A stretch of 64,000 bases of DNA, from the sequence record SRR20825019_647; one strand, written 5' to 3'. The notes under the pieces were generated by a model that did not search any database, was not told where the DNA came from, and saw nothing but the letters and a program-made list of their open reading frames with translations. The translations under genes and the position numbers were made by a program. How positions within the stretch are numbered: the first letter of the stretch is position 1; every line of letters begins with the position of its first letter. Below, in pieces: positions 49,982-59,399 of the stretch.

Positions 49982-51307
49982 ATGAGTTCCAGCCCTACTT
50001 CCACGATTTCTCAACTTGCCCTCACCGGTGGCACCCGCCTCGGCGAAGTGACCTATTCAAAATTCCCGCATTTTTCAGAGAAGGCGATTGAACGTGTAGG
50101 ACAGGTCTTGCGCGAAGGCAAGGCGGTCGGTTTGGGGCGTTTTCATTCGCCGGAGATCGCGGAGGCCGAGGAAACCATTTCCCAATATCACGGTGGCAAT
50201 CACGTGCTGGCGTGCAGTTCCGGACATGCCGCGTTGCAGGGTGCCCTGGCTGGATTGGAGATCGCCTGTGGCGACGAAGTCATCACCACACCCTACACGT
50301 GGGGCGCTTCGATCTCCTGTATTCTTCATCAGAATGCGATTCCGGTTTTCGTTGATGTGGAACGCGACACCGGGCTGATCGATCCCGAACAAATTGAGGC
50401 TGCGATCACGCCCCGGACCAAGGCAATCCTCGCAGTGCATATTTTTGGGCAACCCGCCAATCTGCAACGACTGCGTGAGATCGCCGATCAGCACCAATTG
50501 ATGCTGATCGAGGATGGCAGCCAAGCGCACGGGGCCCGGGTGGGTGGCGTGCGCGTTGGTGATGTCGGTGATGCGGCCGGTTTCTCCTGCATGGGGGGGA
50601 AGGTTTTGCCCACGACCGAAGCCGGTTACTTGGTGACGCCGCATAAAAACGTTTTCTGGAAAGCGGCGATGATTGGTCAGCACATGGGGCGTTCGCCCGA
50701 GAAGGATTTCCCCGATGAACTCCGTCCCTGGGTGGATTCACTCGTTTACACTTACCGCGTGACTCCTCTCAACGCGGTCCTCCTGACGGAACAATTCGGC
50801 CGGATCGACGGCTGGGTGGCCGAGCGCGCGCGTCATGCCAAGCTGTTCCGCGAGAAGATCGCGGGAGCGCAATTCATCAAGATGCCTGATTATGCGGAAG
50901 GCGTGGAACCGGTTTATCATTTGCTGACGATGAACTTCGATGCCGAAGCGGCCGGAGTCTCCCGTGATACCTTCGCCGCGGCCCTGAATGCCGAGGGCAT
51001 GTTGGCCTTTGGATATGTGCCGTCCCCGATTCCGGATTGGAAACGTCTGCATTGGCAGGATTATGCGGGTCCCAAGGTATCCTGGCTCGCGGCGCTCGAA
51101 AAGGCGGGGGTGGATTACCGCGATATGGCGTTGCCAAACTGCCGCCATCGCGTGGCCAATTCGATCGAAACGCGTTTTGATTTTGTCGATCCGCAGGAAG
51201 GGATGATCGATCGGATGGCGGAAATCGTGCACAAGGTGGAATCGAATATCGACGCCTTGCGTGAACACGAACGCGTCAATGGTCCGGCGAAATCCGCCGC
51301 CCGCTAA
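49982..51307 (+). CDS. DegT/DnrJ/EryC1/StrS PLP-dependent aminotransferase
   Basis: GDEVITTPYTW, VHIFGQP, IEDGSQAHGA, FSCMGGK (PLP Lys). Confidence 0.9.
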   Translation: MSSSPTSTISQLALTGGTRLGEVTYSKFPHFSEKAIERVGQVLREGKAVGLGRFHSPEIAEAEETISQYHGGNHVLACSSGHAALQGALAGLEIACGDEVITTPYTWGASISCILHQNAIPVFVDVERDTGLIDPEQIEAAITPRTKAILAVHIFGQPANLQRLREIADQHQLMLIEDGSQAHGARVGGVRVGDVGDAAGFSCMGGKVLPTTEAGYLVTPHKNVFWKAAMIGQHMGRSPEKDFPDELRPWVDSLVYTYRVTPLNAVLLTEQFGRIDGWVAERARHAKLFREKIAGAQFIKMPDYAEGVEPVYHLLTMNFDAEAAGVSRDTFAAALNAEGMLAFGYVPSPIPDWKRLHWQDYAGPKVSWLAALEKAGVDYRDMALPNCRHRVANSIETRFDFVDPQEGMIDRMAEIVHKVESNIDALREHERVNGPAKSAAR

Positions 51308-51308
51308 G

Positions 51309-52670
51309 ATGAAAGCAGGATTCGGCATCAGTGACATCACGCCCCGGCTCGGGGTGCAACTCGCGGGCTACGGACCGTATCGGAATCGTGCAGCCCAGGA
51401 GATTGTCGCGCGGCTGCACGCTCGCGCGCTGGTCATCCACCATGGACGGCAGCGTGGCGTGGTGCTGAGCTTGGAACTGGGTGGGACGACCCGGGAACTT
51501 ACCGCCAGAATTCGTGCCGCCGTGGCCGCCCGCATCGGCGGTAAGGCGGAGGATGTTTTTGTCTCTTCCACCCACACTCACAGCGCTCCTTCAGTCGGAG
51601 GCATGGTCGGTTGGGGGGAGGCCGATATGATGTATTTGGAAACGCTGCCCGCACGGGCCGCTGAAGCCGCCGCGCGCGCTTCCGGGAATCTTACGGAAGT
51701 TGAATGGCGGCACGCGGAAGTGCCCTGCGAGGGCATCGCCGTGAATCGCGAAACGGACACGGGGTTTGCGTTGAACGAAAACTTTCAGGAGCGAATGAGT
51801 CCTGATTGGCGACCCGCTCATCCCGAACACACCGATCCGACCGTGCGCGTGCTCGCCGCCTTTTCCGGCGGAAAGCTGATCGGGATCCTGCATCACTTTG
51901 GGTGTCACCCGGTGGTCTATGGAGAGAAGACTGCGTCGATCCACGGCGACTATGCCGGCATGGCTTGTTTGGAGCTGGAGAAAAAACACGCCGGAGCGGT
52001 GGCGATGTTTTTTCCGGGCGCCCTTGGCGATATTAATCCCAAGCTGAATCACCGCGTGCCGAGCGAATCGATCAAGGCACTGAAGGCGATTGCGCGTCAG
52101 TATAGCCGTGCGGTGCAGGGAGGCGTCAAAGCGGCGCAGGCGATCGAGGTGTCATCATTCAAGATGCTTCGGCAGGATACATCATTGGCGCGGAAGAAAT
52201 GGTCGCGTCGCAGTGTTGAGCGACGGATCGCGGAGTTGGAGAAGCTATTTGCCGATCCAAAGATATCCGACGATCCGTTCACCGGAGGGTCGCCTCCCTT
52301 GTTGCATAATGGAATGGAGATGGCGCGTTTACAGGGTCTGCGCAAAGTTCTCTCTCAATTTCGCGGGGAACGTGCCCCGAACCCTGCCGTGTGCCTGCAC
52401 GGTTTGCGGCTCGGTCCGGTTGTGCTCCTCGGCTGCGGATTGGAAGCCTATCACGGCTTGCTCGCCCCGGTGCTCAAAGGCTCACCTCACGATCATACCT
52501 GGCTCGTGAGTCTGGTGGGGGGCAATGGATACGCGCCCGATAAAGCAGCGCATCTACGGCAGGGCTATTCGGGCGATTTTGTGCCCCTGATCTGCGGCGA
52601 ATTACCCTTCGCCAAGGTGTATTCCGAACTGCCCAAGGCTTTGGTTAAGTTGGCGAAAAGCTTGGCCTAA
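51309..52670 (+). CDS. Neutral/alkaline ceramidase-like amidohydrolase
   Basis: DITP..LAGY, THTHSAP, FGCHP, GALGDINP; start re-called at 51309. Confidence 0.75.
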   Translation: MKAGFGISDITPRLGVQLAGYGPYRNRAAQEIVARLHARALVIHHGRQRGVVLSLELGGTTRELTARIRAAVAARIGGKAEDVFVSSTHTHSAPSVGGMVGWGEADMMYLETLPARAAEAAARASGNLTEVEWRHAEVPCEGIAVNRETDTGFALNENFQERMSPDWRPAHPEHTDPTVRVLAAFSGGKLIGILHHFGCHPVVYGEKTASIHGDYAGMACLELEKKHAGAVAMFFPGALGDINPKLNHRVPSESIKALKAIARQYSRAVQGGVKAAQAIEVSSFKMLRQDTSLARKKWSRRSVERRIAELEKLFADPKISDDPFTGGSPPLLHNGMEMARLQGLRKVLSQFRGERAPNPAVCLHGLRLGPVVLLGCGLEAYHGLLAPVLKGSPHDHTWLVSLVGGNGYAPDKAAHLRQGYSGDFVPLICGELPFAKVYSELPKALVKLAKSLA

Positions 52671-52722
52671 TTCGTTCCCGCTAGGTCTGTTTCCGCGAAG
52701 CCCGCTTCGTCTAGGCCGGGAA

Positions 52723-52779
52723 GTAGCCACGAGCGTGAGCGAGTGGTGTTGCGTCTGCTCGCTCTCGCTCGCAGCTCAC
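52723..52779. repeat. Degenerate GTAG REP-like doublet
   Basis: GTAGCCACGAGCGTGAGCGAGTGG followed by an imperfect inverted copy CTGCTCGCTCTCGCTCGCAGCTCAC. Confidence 0.45.
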
Positions 52780-52951
52780 GGGAGTTTGAAATGAGGGGGA
52801 TGACTTTGAGCGCATGCCCCGCAGTTCGCGGCGGGGATCTTTTCTGATTGGCGATGAGTAGTCCTTAGTTGGCGTCTGCAAACTTTGGATGGAACGAGTG
52901 CTCTGTTGGGCCTGAGATTGACATTTGAATCAAAGTAAGACGAAGTAAGAC

Positions 52952-53209
52952 GTGCAAACAACACTCTCCAGTAAAGGACAATTGGTCTTGCCTGCGGAGG
53001 CCCGGCGCAAATTGCGATTAGCGCATGGGGAGAAGTTGAGTGTGGAGTTGAGGGAAGGAGGGGTCTTCCTCAGGCCCTTGGAAAAGACGGGTGCCTATCG
53101 TCGGACGCTTCATCCGGTTTCGGGGCTGCCCGTCATGCAGGCTGACGCGCGACCAACGAAAAAAGTTTCAGCGGCAGAGATTGCCCGACTTAACGCTGAG
53201 TTGCTGTGA
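52952..53209 (+). CDS. AbrB/MazE-family antitoxin
   Basis: TLSSKGQLVLPAEARRKL..G; GTGA overlap with PIN gene. Confidence 0.88.
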   Translation: MQTTLSSKGQLVLPAEARRKLRLAHGEKLSVELREGGVFLRPLEKTGAYRRTLHPVSGLPVMQADARPTKKVSAAEIARLNAELL

Positions 53210-53610
53210 ATCAGGCCTATTTATTGGATGTCAATGCGCTGATCGGCTTAATGTGGGATGTGCATAGTTTGCATGGTCGGGCTCATGCCTGGTATGCGCA
53301 GGTAAAGCCGAAGGTGTTGGGTTGCGTGTTTACTGAGCTGAGTTTTATCCGTGTTTCCATGGCGGACAAAACGATTGCCGCCAGTTTCGGGGATGCGGAA
53401 TTTGCGCTAGCTCAATTCACTAAGACTTTAGGTAATCGATACCGGTTTCTGACAGAATTACCTCCACCCTCGATTTTGCGGGAGACGGCCATTCGATCAC
53501 ACAAGGAAGTCAGTGATTATTATCTCTGCGAATTGGCTGTGAGTCACCGTGCGCGATTGGCGACTCTCGATGTGGGAATCAAACACCCGGCAGCCTTACT
53601 GATCGAGTAG
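53206..53610 (+). CDS. PIN-domain (VapC-like) toxin
   Basis: YLLDVNALI, TELSFIR, SDYYL, LATLD. Confidence 0.88.
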   Translation: MNQAYLLDVNALIGLMWDVHSLHGRAHAWYAQVKPKVLGCVFTELSFIRVSMADKTIAASFGDAEFALAQFTKTLGNRYRFLTELPPPSILRETAIRSHKEVSDYYLCELAVSHRARLATLDVGIKHPAALLIE

Positions 53611-53703
53611 GCGACTGATTGGCCGGGTTCAGCGAGGCCCGCAACCGTCTGGACTATTTTGATCGAGTGGGCTGCTCGGCATGCGAGCGCTGACGTGGGA
53701 GGA

Positions 53704-53726
53704 GCGCGAGCAAGTTCGCGGCCTAC
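53704..53726 (-). repeat. GTAG-type REP-like hairpin
   Basis: Minus strand GTAGGC-CGCGA-ACTTGC-TCGCG. Confidence 0.45.
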
Positions 53727-53735
53727 GAAGAAGGC

Positions 53736-54728
53736 TCAGTTGTTCTGCAGTCGGTGACTGGCGTAGAGGGCGGCACCGCAGGAGACGCTGATGGCATCGA
53801 GCCGGGCGATTTTGATTTGAGTGTGCCCGCGCATCAATTCGGGCAATTCCTGTTCAACGCGCGGCGCGAGCTGTTCGAGCAGCCAAGGGAGTTTCGAGAG
53901 CCCCCCTCCGAGCACGAGCGTGCCGGGGGCGAGCAGGAGCGCTACTTTCACGATCGCGGCAGTGAGGTGATCGAGGAATTGCTCCGCCTGTTCGTTTGCA
54001 AACGTATCATCGGGCCAGGCGGCAAAGAGGAGTTTGGTGCGCTGACGCGGTTCGGCGTCGAGGATGGTCTGCATCAGTGGGGTGACGCGATCGCAGGAGC
54101 GAATCGTTTCGACCGCTCGTTCGCCGATGCCCCAACCGGAACAATAGGCTTCGACACAACCACGTTTGCCACAGGCGCAGGTCGCTCCTCGGGGCACGAG
54201 ATTCACGTGGCCGATTTCGCCTTCGCCCATCGGGCCGCTGTCGAGAATATTGCCGTTCCAGATGATTCCTCCGCCCACGCCACTTCCCAGAGTCATGTAG
54301 AAATTCAGGCCTTCGGTTGAACCGGCGCCGAGATGCGCTTCGGCGAGTGCGGCGACGTTGCAGTCGTTTTCGATGTAGACAGGAGCATGGAGGGCCGCCT
54401 GGAGTTGGCTGGCCGGATCGGGAGAGACGGTTTCCCATCCGGATTCGTGGAAGTTGATCGCGGGGCGATTGTGCTTTCGATCCACCTGTCCGCCAAACCC
54501 CCAACCGATCGCCGCAGCAGGTTCGCTTAAGCCGGCCTTCTCTTGCACGGCACGACCCAGATCAATGAGCTGGTTGAGCGTATCCTGCGCGGTGGCTCCG
54601 GCGGGACGCGAAACTTCGTGAGTCGCGAGTTGAATGAACTCGGAGTCGAGCACGGTGGCGGTGGCTTTGGTGCCACCGGTTTCCAATCCGAGATAGTAAG
54701 GAGCGTCGGCGCTCACTGTTCGTCCCAC
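53736..54728 (-). CDS. ROK-family sugar kinase
   Basis: GLETGGTK, ENDCNVAALAE, GSGVGGG, GEIGH..CACGKRGCVE; no N-terminal HTH. Confidence 0.9.
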   Translation of the reverse strand: MGRTVSADAPYYLGLETGGTKATATVLDSEFIQLATHEVSRPAGATAQDTLNQLIDLGRAVQEKAGLSEPAAAIGWGFGGQVDRKHNRPAINFHESGWETVSPDPASQLQAALHAPVYIENDCNVAALAEAHLGAGSTEGLNFYMTLGSGVGGGIIWNGNILDSGPMGEGEIGHVNLVPRGATCACGKRGCVEAYCSGWGIGERAVETIRSCDRVTPLMQTILDAEPRQRTKLLFAAWPDDTFANEQAEQFLDHLTAAIVKVALLLAPGTLVLGGGLSKLPWLLEQLAPRVEQELPELMRGHTQIKIARLDAISVSCGAALYASHRLQNN

Positions 54729-55297
54729 TCGGCCAGCTTCATATAATCATCCAGCCAGCAGTGGAGGAGAATCTGGTGGAGACATTCAACGGCACCGTAA
54801 GTTTTGCCGGGGATAAAGAAATTCACATCGCCGAGTTTGCGGGCGGGATTGCCTTCTTTGATGCCGGTCAGCGTGACGACCTTCATGTTCTTTTTGCGCG
54901 CAGCTTCGATGGCGGCGATAATGTTGGGCGAACCTCCTGAGCTGCTGATCGCGATGAGCAGATCACCTTCATGGCCGTGCCAACCGATGGGCGCGGCGAA
55001 AGTTTGATCGTAGCCGAGATCGTTGCCGAGGGCGGTGAGGCTGGCGATGTCGTTGAAGGCTGAGGCGCGAATGCCACCGTTTTTACAGCAATCCAGCGCC
55101 ATGTGACTCGCCATGGTGGCACTGGCGCCATTGCCCGCGAAGTAGTGCACGTTGCCCGCCTCGTTCGTGGTGCGGGTCAGCTCCAACCATTGGTTGAAGC
55201 CTTCGGCGGGACCGACTTCCGTGCCGTCGAGCGTGGTCGCGCTGGTGCGACCCAGAATGTCGTTTAAAGTGGTGCGATATGAATCGAAGTAGCTCAT
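54713..55297 (-). CDS. SIS-domain phosphosugar isomerase (GmhA-like)
   Basis: GNGASA..ASH, TALGNDLGY, ISSSGGSPN, VECLHQILLH. Confidence 0.85.
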   Translation of the reverse strand: MSYFDSYRTTLNDILGRTSATTLDGTEVGPAEGFNQWLELTRTTNEAGNVHYFAGNGASATMASHMALDCCKNGGIRASAFNDIASLTALGNDLGYDQTFAAPIGWHGHEGDLLIAISSSGGSPNIIAAIEAARKKNMKVVTLTGIKEGNPARKLGDVNFFIPGKTYGAVECLHQILLHCWLDDYMKLAEWDEQ

Positions 55298-55415
55298 GAG
55301 ATAATGTTGTGAACCGATTGGTTACTTGGTGGCGACTGAAATTTGGAGATAAGTCGAACGTCCCGACATTTTCCATGCAAAAATAGGAAAGCGTCAGCTT
55401 CTTAAAGGCATCGTT

Positions 55416-55459
55416 TGTCAATGCGAGGAGTCTGCGTCGCTGCGCTCCTCGCAATGACA
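55416..55459. repeat. Palindromic intergenic repeat (GTCATTGCGAG type)
   Basis: TGTCAATGCGAGGAG ... CTCCTCGCAATGACA, 14/15 inverted repeat; half copy at 49881-49894. Confidence 0.6.
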
Positions 55460-55546
55460 GTCTTAACTCCTCGAGAACCTGCTCTTGGTATTAAGCCGAC
55501 GATTCTCGCACGGTGAGGTGCGCGGCTTGGTGAAACTGAGGTTCGA

Positions 55547-56572
55547 TTAGCGACCGAGGTATTTATCGCGACCGCGCACGAGCGCTTCCATTTTACGATC
55601 CGCGATGGAGCGTTTGAGCATCCAGAAACCGCAATCGGGATGAACGTAACGCACGCGACCGGCGCCGACTTTCTTTTCCACCGCTTCGATGCTCTTGGCG
55701 ATTTCGTCAGGCGTTTCGATGTGGTTGACCTTGATATCGATCACGCCGATACCGAGGGCGATCTTCTTGTCGATGTGCTTGAGAGCGTTGAGATCGCTGG
55801 AAGGGCGATGGGCCATTTCGAGCACGAGATGATCGCAGTGAAGCGAGTTGAGGAATTTGATGAGCTTCTTCCAGTTGCCCGATTGGATGGTCTGACCACC
55901 GTAGTTTCCGAAGCAGAAGTGAACGGCGCGTTCGGTGCCCTTGCTGATCTTGTCGAGCACGACATTCATTGCTGCGGCGGCGAGGGGAGCATCGTCGGCA
56001 TTGCCGGGGATGTTGGCTTCATCGATTTGCACGCAAGCCGCGGGGAGCTTGGGCATCTGATTAGCGATCACCTCGGCGAGAGCCATGGTGAGGTCTGCAA
56101 AGTTGCCGTAGTGGTGGTCAAGAAGGGTGCGGGCCAGCATGTAAGGACTGGTCGCGGTAAACTTGAAGGGACCCTGCGCGAGCGAAGCGGCGAGTTGGCA
56201 ATCGTAGAGGAGATTCAGCGAACCTTCGCCGAGCGCACTTTCAACGACCCCGGCCGGCTTGCTGCGGAAACCCATCGGAGAGTGTTTGGCGAATTCTTCA
56301 GTCACCGAACGACCGACCACTCCGGACACACCGGCCATTGGGCGGATGAAGTATTCGATCATCCCGTTGGTGTCGGGGTGATTCACGTCGAAGCGCGAGA
56401 GTTCGCCGTCGGTCAGCAGGTCGATTCCGGCCTGACGCTGGATATCAAAAATCACGCGCGTGGCGTCGATCACGGCCTGTTCGCTAGGCAATGCGCTCAG
56501 CCACTCGGGAACCGGATAGGAACCGACCGTGGTGGTGAGGATACGTGGTTTGGAAGGGATCTTGTGGGCCAT
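55547..56572 (-). CDS. Core (catalytic-domain-only) cobalamin-independent methionine synthase family protein
   Basis: TTTVGSYP, TDGE, QIDE, HFCFGN, LEM, PDCG zinc ligands; start re-called at 56572. Confidence 0.88.
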   Translation of the reverse strand: MAHKIPSKPRILTTTVGSYPVPEWLSALPSEQAVIDATRVIFDIQRQAGIDLLTDGELSRFDVNHPDTNGMIEYFIRPMAGVSGVVGRSVTEEFAKHSPMGFRSKPAGVVESALGEGSLNLLYDCQLAASLAQGPFKFTATSPYMLARTLLDHHYGNFADLTMALAEVIANQMPKLPAACVQIDEANIPGNADDAPLAAAAMNVVLDKISKGTERAVHFCFGNYGGQTIQSGNWKKLIKFLNSLHCDHLVLEMAHRPSSDLNALKHIDKKIALGIGVIDIKVNHIETPDEIAKSIEAVEKKVGAGRVRYVHPDCGFWMLKRSIADRKMEALVRGRDKYLGR

Positions 56573-56706
56573 GAAGAGAACAAAGAGCAAATATCCCGCG
56601 TAAGAACCAGCACAAATCGTGATATCTGTAATTGGTAATATGTAGTCTGTGGAACGACACCGTCGTTCTGATCGGACGCACCGACTTCGCGATGACGAAC
56701 GGACGC

Positions 56707-57771
56707 TTACTCCAACCGCCAGCGGAGCACGCCCACGTGATAGCGTCGATGCGCGGCAACGCCTTTGCAGTAGTAGGCGGTTACGATCGTGCCATCGGCG
56801 AGTTGCACGTTGGACGGATATCCGCAGTCGCGCCATTCGGGATCGTGGTGATTAGTTGATTCTTCCAGATCCACGAGCACCTGCTGTTCGCTCCAGGTCC
56901 TGCCTTGATCGCGGGAGATTTTCGCCCCGATAGCACGCAATGGGTCCTTACGGATGGAGTAGGTGAGCAGCAGTGAGCCATCGGCCAAGGCCGTGAGCCC
57001 GGCGGGATGACACTGTTCTCCCGTCAAATCCTGATCGTAATTCCACGTCTGTCCCCGGTCTTCGGAAATATATTGCTCCAAATGTTGGTCTTCACAGGTG
57101 CGGGCCGCCGCGAGCAAGCGACCGTCGGGCAGTGGCAGCCACGTGGTTTCATTGGTGTGGTTCGGTTCTCCCAACGAACCGCGCACTTGCCAACTCACAC
57201 CGTGATCGGAACTCGTGTAAAATTCAGCCCGACTCGAATAGATCATTGAACCGATGGTGCCATCACCCACCGGCCAGATATCGCCAAACGGAATCATCAT
57301 GGGCCGTGTGCGGCCTGCTGCGTCTTTTTGTCCGTTTTGGTAACGCGCCAATTCTTCCGGCGACGGGAGAGGCGATTGTCCGGGAGTCCAGGTTTTACCG
57401 CCATCGGTCGAGCGTGCGGGCAGCGCCGGCACGGTATCGGAATTGAATTTGAGAACCTTTGATTTTTCTCGGGGAAAGCGATCTTCCCAACCAGAAACGA
57501 TCGCGACGAGAGCACCATCTTCCGCCAACCCTGTTGAGTGATTCATCCGATTGGTGCCGGGAACGTATGGCACGGGCACACTGGTTTTGTCCCAGATGCA
57601 GCCCGCATCGTGGCTGAGCCAACAGGTGACGGCCCCTTCCCATTGTCCGTGACAAGGATCAGGCCAAGCGAGAAGGGCTAAATCACCATTGGGCAGGAGC
57701 GTAACATTGGGCCAGCCACAGGCATGGTCGATGGCGATATAGCGTTCGAGAATTTTAGGACTAAAAGTCAT
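56707..57771 (-). CDS. BNR/Asp-box sialidase-like beta-propeller protein
   Basis: Five Asp-boxes: SHDAGCIW, STDGGKTW, SSDHGVSW, SEDRGQTW, SRDQGRTW; no evident signal peptide. Confidence 0.85.
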   Translation of the reverse strand: MTFSPKILERYIAIDHACGWPNVTLLPNGDLALLAWPDPCHGQWEGAVTCWLSHDAGCIWDKTSVPVPYVPGTNRMNHSTGLAEDGALVAIVSGWEDRFPREKSKVLKFNSDTVPALPARSTDGGKTWTPGQSPLPSPEELARYQNGQKDAAGRTRPMMIPFGDIWPVGDGTIGSMIYSSRAEFYTSSDHGVSWQVRGSLGEPNHTNETTWLPLPDGRLLAAARTCEDQHLEQYISEDRGQTWNYDQDLTGEQCHPAGLTALADGSLLLTYSIRKDPLRAIGAKISRDQGRTWSEQQVLVDLEESTNHHDPEWRDCGYPSNVQLADGTIVTAYYCKGVAAHRRYHVGVLRWRLE

Positions 57772-57797
57772 GGGGAGGGGAAAGCGGAACCGTGGGA

Positions 57798-58190
57798 TTA
57801 TTTCGGATTGTTTCCTGACAGGAGTGATTTCACGACCTTTCCGATCTCTGCGAGGGGAGTGGTTTTGCCCAGATAGCAGGAAACGGATTCGAGGAGAACC
57901 TTATCCGTGACCTCTACATCGAAGAGGACGCCCGTTAATAGAATGATCGGTAGGTCGGGGGAGTTTTCACGAAATTTTTTGATGATTTCGAAACCATCAC
58001 CGTCCTCCAACTGCAGGTCGGTGATCACCAGATCGATGGTTTCGTTGGGGAAGACTCGCAACGCCTCATGCACTCCTGAGACGGAAAACACCCCGTATCC
58101 ACTGGCGGATAAATAGTGCTCCAGCATCTCACGGATGGTTGCTTCGTCATCGATAAGTAAAATGTGCTTTTTCATGGTATATTGATTCAA
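57798..58190 (-). CDS. Single-domain response regulator (REC only)
   Basis: LLIDDE, ITDLQL, LLTG, LGK; start may be 58175. Confidence 0.9.
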   Translation of the reverse strand: MNQYTMKKHILLIDDEATIREMLEHYLSASGYGVFSVSGVHEALRVFPNETIDLVITDLQLEDGDGFEIIKKFRENSPDLPIILLTGVLFDVEVTDKVLLESVSCYLGKTTPLAEIGKVVKSLLSGNNPK

Positions 58191-58203
58191 TTCGTCCGTT
58201 GGA

Positions 58204-59349
58204 CTAGGTCTGGGGCACTAAGTTGAGAGTGATGATGCCGCCGATGATTTTGTTCTGATCCCGCAGGGGAAACAACGACATCGAGGTTTGAAAACGTTTG
58301 CCCTCTGTATTGACCACGAATGCCGACTGATTTCGCAGGTCACGACCTTCTTTCATCGCAATGATTACAGGATGCTGATGGTCGTTTTTGGGCTCCGTCG
58401 CCTCATCATTCAACTGGAATACTTTGGTGAAAGACTGCTTGATTAGATCGGAAGTCTGACCGCCGGTGAGGCGCAGGACAGCCGGGTTGACGCGGGTGAT
58501 TTGCCCCGTCTTGGTAAGCACGATGACGAGGTCGCTCACGGCATCCACGATGTTGTGGTTATAGTGGAGTTGATGCTCCAAGGACTGATTTGTCCATTGT
58601 CGCTCCAGATTCTCGAGCGTGAGTTCCCGATTGGCGTTTTCGAGTTCGTTGGTTCTCTCCTTCACCCGGACTTCGAGTGAGTCGTGGGCGGTTTTCAATT
58701 TTTCGGTGGCTTGGCTTCGGGCCCTCAGATCACTCCAGGTGAGCCAGAGGACTCCGATCATCAGCAGGACGTAGAGACCGATCCCGTTCCAAACGGTCCA
58801 GCGCATAGCCTGATCCTGAAGATATGAAGCCGTGTCGCGCTCGGTGAGCAGTTCCAGCTGGACCAGATAAAGTGAGTCGATTTTTCGATTTAATTCCGCA
58901 CTTTTAATTGATCCGAAATAGGTCTGGATCAGGGCTCGGGCCTTGGAAATATCGCCGCCTTGACGCGCGGTGAGGATCTGCTGCAATCCATCCACCAATT
59001 CGATGGAACGGACCTCGATGTCGCTGACTTGCTTTGCCTGTTCCGGATCATTGCGCGTCAGGGCTTTGATGATAGCCGTCTGTTCGCTGATCATCACGAT
59101 TGCCTCGTTGCACTGTTCGAGATCGCGAGCTGCGCTGGTGGCCACGAAGGCCTGCGCACCTGCTTCGGCGACATAATGAAAGGTCTTCAGATGTTCAATC
59201 GCACGAAGGACTGCGTAGGTATGGTTTACCCAGTCGCGGGATTCGCTTGAGCGCGTGATATTGCGCACGGCCTGAAATGCGACCACGGCGAGAACCGCCG
59301 AAACGATGAGGATAAACGAGAGTATCAGGCGTAGTAATTTATCCTTCAT
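58204..59349 (-). CDS. CHASE3 + PAS membrane sensor lacking a kinase/output domain
   Basis: TM, WVNHTYAVL CHASE3, TM, LEVRVKERTNEL S-helix, PAS (VNPA..GGIITL) then stop. Confidence 0.8.
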   Translation of the reverse strand: MKDKLLRLILSFILIVSAVLAVVAFQAVRNITRSSESRDWVNHTYAVLRAIEHLKTFHYVAEAGAQAFVATSAARDLEQCNEAIVMISEQTAIIKALTRNDPEQAKQVSDIEVRSIELVDGLQQILTARQGGDISKARALIQTYFGSIKSAELNRKIDSLYLVQLELLTERDTASYLQDQAMRWTVWNGIGLYVLLMIGVLWLTWSDLRARSQATEKLKTAHDSLEVRVKERTNELENANRELTLENLERQWTNQSLEHQLHYNHNIVDAVSDLVIVLTKTGQITRVNPAVLRLTGGQTSDLIKQSFTKVFQLNDEATEPKNDHQHPVIIAMKEGRDLRNQSAFVVNTEGKRFQTSMSLFPLRDQNKIIGGIITLNLVPQT

Positions 59350-59399
59350 AGTCGGGATAGTTTTCAGGGGACGGCACAAGCGGATTTAGAGTAGGGTAA

